A DNA stretch of 63,258 bases, taken from positions 1 through 63,258 of the forward strand of contig JBBRBM010000006.1 in the NCBI GenBank assembly GCA_038205745.1, in the 5' to 3' direction. This document shows, piece by piece, positions 58,943 to 63,258 of the stretch. A program made the translations under genes and the position numbers. Within the stretch, counting starts at the first letter, position 1. Every line of letters starts with the position of its first letter. Below the pieces are notes generated by a model. That model saw only the letters and a program-made list of their open reading frames with translations, searched no databases and had not been told where the DNA came from. Origin of the DNA: Verrucomicrobiota bacterium. Its GTDB lineage: Bacteria; Verrucomicrobiota; Verrucomicrobiia; Limisphaerales; SIBH01.

Positions 58943-60040
58943 ATGCCCCCAAAAACTGTTGAAAAACCTGTTGTCGAGACGAAGCCCGAAGCCAAAGCCG
59001 AAACCAAAGCCGTTGACGGAGTAAGGTTGACTCCTGCACGTCAGCGCGAGCTGGACGCCGCCATCTCGTCGATTACGAAGGCGTACGGCGAAGGCAGCAT
59101 CATGCGTCTCGGCGATGCGCGGGCGCAGGTGAAGATCGAGGTGATTCCCACCGGCGCACTCGCAGTCGATCTCGCGCTCGGCGTTGGCGGTGTGCCGCGC
59201 GGGCGAGTCGTGGAAATCTTCGGACCGGAATCGTCCGGCAAGACGACGCTGATGCTTCACATCATCGCCAATGCGCAGAAGCAGGGCGGTCTCGCGGCGT
59301 TCATTGATGCGGAGCACGCGCTTGATCCCGGTTACGCGAAGAAACTGGGCGTGAATCTCGACGACCTGCTCGTCTCGCAGCCTGACAGCGGTGAAGAAGC
59401 ACTTTCGATTTGCGAAACACTCGCACGTTCAAACGCGCTTGATGTGATCGTGATCGACTCGGTCGCCGCACTGGTGCCAAAGGCGGAACTCGAAGGTGAA
59501 ATGGGCATGGCCACGATGGGCATGCAGGCGCGCCTCATGAGTCAGGCGCTGCGTAAACTCACCGCGATCCTCAGCAAGTCCAAGACTACGTGCATCTTCA
59601 CCAACCAGCTCCGCGAAAAAGTCGGCGTGATGTTCGGCAATCCCGAGACGACGCCCGGCGGCAAGGCGCTGAAGTTTTACGCCAGCATCCGCATGGACAT
59701 TCGCCGCAAGGAGACGCTCAAGGATGCGGCAGGCAACGCCGTCGGCAACCTCGCCAAAGTGAAGGTGGTGAAAAACAAAGTTGCGCCGCCGTTTGCAGAG
59801 GCTGAGTTCGAGATCATCTACAACCACGGCGTGAACAAGGAAGGCAGCATCATCGACGTCGGATTGACCCACGGTGTCGTGGAAAAAAAAGGCGCCTGGC
59901 TGCAATTCAACGGAGAACTCATCGGCCAGGGCAAGGATGCCGCCCGCCAGTCGCTGGTGGACAAACCCGACCTCGCGAAGAAGATCGTCGATGCGATCAT
60001 GGCGAAGCGAAACGCTGTTGTCGAAAAGCCCGCAGCGTAG
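58943..60040 (+). CDS. recA: Recombinase RecA
   Basis: [53 protein letters not shown]. Confidence 0.99.
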   Translation: MPPKTVEKPVVETKPEAKAETKAVDGVRLTPARQRELDAAISSITKAYGEGSIMRLGDARAQVKIEVIPTGALAVDLALGVGGVPRGRVVEIFGPESSGKTTLMLHIIANAQKQGGLAAFIDAEHALDPGYAKKLGVNLDDLLVSQPDSGEEALSICETLARSNALDVIVIDSVAALVPKAELEGEMGMATMGMQARLMSQALRKLTAILSKSKTTCIFTNQLREKVGVMFGNPETTPGGKALKFYASIRMDIRRKETLKDAAGNAVGNLAKVKVVKNKVAPPFAEAEFEIIYNHGVNKEGSIIDVGLTHGVVEKKGAWLQFNGELIGQGKDAARQSLVDKPDLAKKIVDAIMAKRNAVVEKPAA

Positions 60041-60190
60041 TGCGCCTCACCTGACGATCGGATGGGCCGAAGCTTCATCTGCTTCCCGCCGGCATTCAGA
60101 AGCGATCCTTGTTCGCATTCATTCATGGTGGGAACAGCAATGCCACGGTTGCAAATGTCCGGTGCGTTGTTGAATGCTCAGGTTTAACTG

Positions 60191-61861
60191 ATGAAGAAGG
60201 CACTGATTGTTTTCGGCGTCCTGGGCGTTCTTGCCGTGGGATGGTTCTTTGGATTGCCGGCGTATCGTGTTCACAAGGAGAAGAAATTCGCGGCCCAGGC
60301 GCACGCTCATCTCGCGAAGGGCGAATATCGGGCAGCGCTCTTGAGCGCCCAACAAACGCTGGTGTTGAATGGGACAAATCTTGCCGCGTGCGCGGTGATG
60401 GCCGAACTCGCGGACGCCGGACGTTCACCCAACGCGATCATCTGGCGGCGCCGCATCGCCGAGTTTGCTCCCACAATTTCAAACCAGGTCGTGCTGGCAG
60501 CGGGTTCCTTGCATTACGAACAGCCGCCATTCCCCATCGCTCAACAAGCTCTCACGGCCGCCGCGACGATCGGCTCTGTGGATCAGAATGTGCCCTACCA
60601 GGTGGTTTCGGCGCAGCTCGCGCTGAAGCAGGGACGAATTGCTGACGCCGAAAAGTTTTTTGAAAATGCCATTCGACTGGAGCCGACCAATCGCCTGCAC
60701 CGACTGAATCTTGCGACGGTGCGGCTGGAATCTCGCGACGCCGCTGTTTCGACCACGGCGCACGCGGAACTGGAAGCGATGCAGATGGACGCGCAGGTGG
60801 GCGAGCACGCCTTGCGCTCGCTGACGGCGCATCACGCCGGACGGAAGGATTTTGAAAGTGCGCTGAAGTTTTCGAAAACACTGCTGGAGATCAAGAGCGC
60901 GAGTTTCGACGATCGGCTCGATCGTTTGAATCTGTTGCATGAAGCGAAGCGGACGGAGTTCGACGGTTACGCGGCACTACTCAAACAATCCTCGAGCACC
61001 AACGCGGTGCTGGTGTTCGCGGTCACGAGCCGGCTGCTCGCGTGCGGCCAGGCGGAGCAGACTCTTGCGTGGTTGAAATCGCTGCCGCAGGAAATGCAGA
61101 CGGAACAGCCGGTGCCGCTGGCATTCGCGGACACTTTGTCGCGATTGAAAGACTGGCGCGGAATGGAGGAGAGGCTCAACGCCGAGAGCTGGAAAGATCA
61201 GGATTTCATGCGCATGGCGCTCATGGCATACGCGGTGCGCAACCAGAAGGATGATGCCGTCGCAAATGCACACTGGGCGAAGGCCGTGCAACTCGCGTCT
61301 GAGCGTCCGGAACGGCTCGGGTTGCTTTCTCAGTTGGCGTCCGGATGGCGCTGGGATTCGGAAGCGGAGGGCGTGTTGTGGCGCGTTGCCAGGGATTTTC
61401 CACGCGAGCGCTGGGCACTGGACGCGTTGCACAACGGCTACGTTCGCACGCGCAACACTCGCGGGCTTTTTTCGATTTATTCCACGCTGCTGGATCGCAA
61501 CAGGACGAATGCGATGGTGATGAATAATTACGCATCGCTCGCGTTGCTGCTGAGCACGAATATGCCGCGCGCGCATCAACTCGCGCAGCAAGTCTATCTG
61601 GCCGGCACGAATAATTACGCCTTCCGGTCCACCTACGCGTGGTCGTTGCACCTTCAGGGAAAAACGGCCGAAGCACTGGTGTTGATGGAGCAGATTTCCC
61701 CCGCCCAACTGGCCGATCCTGCCGTGGCGAGTTATTACGGCGCCATGCTTGTGGCGAGCGGACAAAAGGAGAAGGCCCGGATGTTTTTGGATAAAACACA
61801 GGGAGCCGCGATTTTGCCGGAGGAAAAGGCGCTCGCGGACGAGGCCCGAAAAAGCCTTTGA
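60191..61861 (+). CDS. Membrane-anchored TPR-repeat protein
   Basis: N-terminal TM segment; all-helical TPR-like repeats (NNYA.L, STYAWSLH.QG). Confidence 0.75.
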   Translation: MKKALIVFGVLGVLAVGWFFGLPAYRVHKEKKFAAQAHAHLAKGEYRAALLSAQQTLVLNGTNLAACAVMAELADAGRSPNAIIWRRRIAEFAPTISNQVVLAAGSLHYEQPPFPIAQQALTAAATIGSVDQNVPYQVVSAQLALKQGRIADAEKFFENAIRLEPTNRLHRLNLATVRLESRDAAVSTTAHAELEAMQMDAQVGEHALRSLTAHHAGRKDFESALKFSKTLLEIKSASFDDRLDRLNLLHEAKRTEFDGYAALLKQSSSTNAVLVFAVTSRLLACGQAEQTLAWLKSLPQEMQTEQPVPLAFADTLSRLKDWRGMEERLNAESWKDQDFMRMALMAYAVRNQKDDAVANAHWAKAVQLASERPERLGLLSQLASGWRWDSEAEGVLWRVARDFPRERWALDALHNGYVRTRNTRGLFSIYSTLLDRNRTNAMVMNNYASLALLLSTNMPRAHQLAQQVYLAGTNNYAFRSTYAWSLHLQGKTAEALVLMEQISPAQLADPAVASYYGAMLVASGQKEKARMFLDKTQGAAILPEEKALADEARKSL

Positions 61862-61927
61862 AGATTCACACTCCGGGTGCGGCGACATTCCGGATTCGCA
61901 CCACTTCCTTCATGGATGTGCAAACAA

Positions 61928-61953
61928 AACAGCCCGGGATTGCCCGGGCTGTT
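61928..61953. terminator. Hairpin terminator between convergent genes
   Basis: AACAGCCCGGG-ATTG-CCCGGGCTGTT, with an A-run upstream that reads as a U-run on the minus strand. Confidence 0.7.
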
Positions 61954-61975
61954 CGCGGAAATTTTTGTGAACCGA

Positions 61976-62779
61976 CTACGGCCCAGAGTAGTCGCGTGAA
62001 GTCGGAGGCGCCTCGAACGTTTGCGAAGTGTTGATTTCGCCCGGCGTTCCAGAGATCGGGGTGTATGGCGGCCCAACCACGGGCGGCGCGGCAAGCACTG
62101 TGGCGGTCAGACCCGAAAGCTGCGCAGTCATGGTCGGCGTCAACTCACTGGCGAGAATCGTTTCCGGCGTGCTCTTCGATGAGCTGGAAAGTTTTGCGAG
62201 CAACATTTCCGTGCGCTTGAGAACCGAAACGACAGCGGCAGGGGTCTTCGCACCTTTCGTATCGAAACGGGCGATGAGCGTCTTCAGGGTCGGGTTGGCC
62301 GCGGTGATTCCATGAAGGATGGCCTCAGCAGACTTGGGTGCTGCTTCGACAGCAGCGACGCCAATGAGCGCAAACGCCGCCGGATGAGACTTGGTCAGCG
62401 CACCCACAATGGCTTCTGCCTCTGCGGGCGCAGCGCCCACAGCGGCTCTCGTGATGGGCGAAAGTTGTTTCGGCTGGAGCAATACCGCGGTGACTGCGGA
62501 GCCTGCCGCAGCGTCTGGCGTCGAACGCGCGATGGCGCCGATCAGCATCGGAGCGGCGGAAGCATTCACATCAAGGGCGGCGCGGACAACATCATCGGCC
62601 AGCGCGAGGCGGTCAGTTGATGGCGCAGCGGCGACCGTGGAGGCGGCGCGTCCAGGCAGTTCGAGCGCGCGGACGCCCGCGAATTCCTTCTTGAGTGAGT
62701 CGATTTTGGCCTGATTGGCACCGACCGAGGCTGCAGCAGCGACCAACGCGACTGTGCAGAGAATTTTCAGCTTATTCAT
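61976..62779 (-). CDS. Ala-rich secreted hypothetical protein with helical repeats
   Basis: Signal peptide MNKLKILCTVALVAAAASVGA; repeated A..I..AA..AAP motifs; Pro-rich tail ending RDYSGP. Confidence 0.7.
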   Translation of the reverse strand: MNKLKILCTVALVAAAASVGANQAKIDSLKKEFAGVRALELPGRAASTVAAAPSTDRLALADDVVRAALDVNASAAPMLIGAIARSTPDAAAGSAVTAVLLQPKQLSPITRAAVGAAPAEAEAIVGALTKSHPAAFALIGVAAVEAAPKSAEAILHGITAANPTLKTLIARFDTKGAKTPAAVVSVLKRTEMLLAKLSSSSKSTPETILASELTPTMTAQLSGLTATVLAAPPVVGPPYTPISGTPGEINTSQTFEAPPTSRDYSGP

Positions 62780-62903
62780 GATTCAATAATGAGGACTACA
62801 AACACACCGTGACTGTTCGCCGGTAAGGTAATCGGCGTCAATGCTAATCGGTGAAGGAAAAAGCGCGTTGAAAGCACCCGCTGGCTCCTCTACTTTCGCT
62901 GCG

Positions 62904-63258
62904 ATGCTCGATGACCGTTCGTACATGCGCGACGATTCCCATCGTTCGAGATGGAGCGCGAATACTGTCGTCATGGTCGCGATCATCGTTTGCTTCGCCC
63001 TGCAGAATATCGCCAGCTTCTACTTTCGGTTCCCCGTGACCGAATATTTAGCATTAAGTAAGGGCGGCATCGAAAAAGGATTTGTCTGGCAGCTCCTTAC
63101 CTTTGAATTCCTACACGGCAATCTAGGCCATCTCTTCGGAAACTTGCTCGGCCTGTTCTTCTTTGGCCGCACGGTCGAGGCGCGATTGGGCACGAAGGAG
63201 TACGTGAAAGTGTATCTTTTGTCGGGGCTGGGTGGAGGATTGCTCCAACTGCTGCTCG
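62904..63258 (+). CDS. Rhomboid family intramembrane serine protease, 3' truncated by window
   Basis: Translated by eye: MLDDRSYMR...WQLLTFEFLHGNLGHLFGNLLGLFFFGRTVE..LG. Confidence 0.85.
   Translation, partial: MLDDRSYMRDDSHRSRWSANTVVMVAIIVCFALQNIASFYFRFPVTEYLALSKGGIEKGFVWQLLTFEFLHGNLGHLFGNLLGLFFFGRTVEARLGTKEYVKVYLLSGLGGGLLQLLL

Noticed and set aside
58943-60040. Similar VVE(T)KP sequences at both ends of RecA; possible intein
   Set aside because: These are short low-complexity tails, and RecA is of normal length with no insertion.

Overview
GC-rich bacterial chromosome segment whose gene content and protein style suggest Verrucomicrobiota (Pedosphaerales/Limisphaerales-like; inferred, not searched). 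1-12.8 kb is a carbohydrate-active cluster: an FGE-sulfatase-domain protein, a Tat-exported oxidoreductase, two Tat-exported TIM-barrel isomerases, a ceramidase-like protein and an AraC regulator. The 7.4-11.7 kb part of it is decaying, with frameshifts, in-frame stops and apparent deletion-fusions. 12.8-31.6 kb holds two large secreted proteins (lamin-tail/CotH and LamG/Ig), then a coherent D-apiose utilisation locus (GH140-like apiosidase, apsD-, apnO- and oiaC-like genes, sugar ABC transporter). This locus is full of heptamer-repeat arms, a four-helix-bundle gene and nested REP-like palindromes, one set fused in frame into the ABC ATPase. 31.8-38.5 kb has a TPR protein, ugd, mutT, a radical SAM enzyme and a GH127-like hydrolase. 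38.6-55.7 kb is a nuoB-N complex I operon (nuoA not in the window) interrupted at five gene junctions by an NTase pair plus an antisense tRNA-Gln, DUF4160/DUF2442, a REP-flanked Y1 transposase, hicBA with a 38-bp junction duplication, and MNT-HEPN. 55.7-63.3 kb has apaG, an acyl-CoA ligase, RNase D, recA, a TPR protein, an Ala-rich secreted protein and a partial rhomboid protease. The best candidates for an undescribed system are the inverted-heptamer/four-helix-bundle element and the junction-targeted cassettes in the nuo operon.
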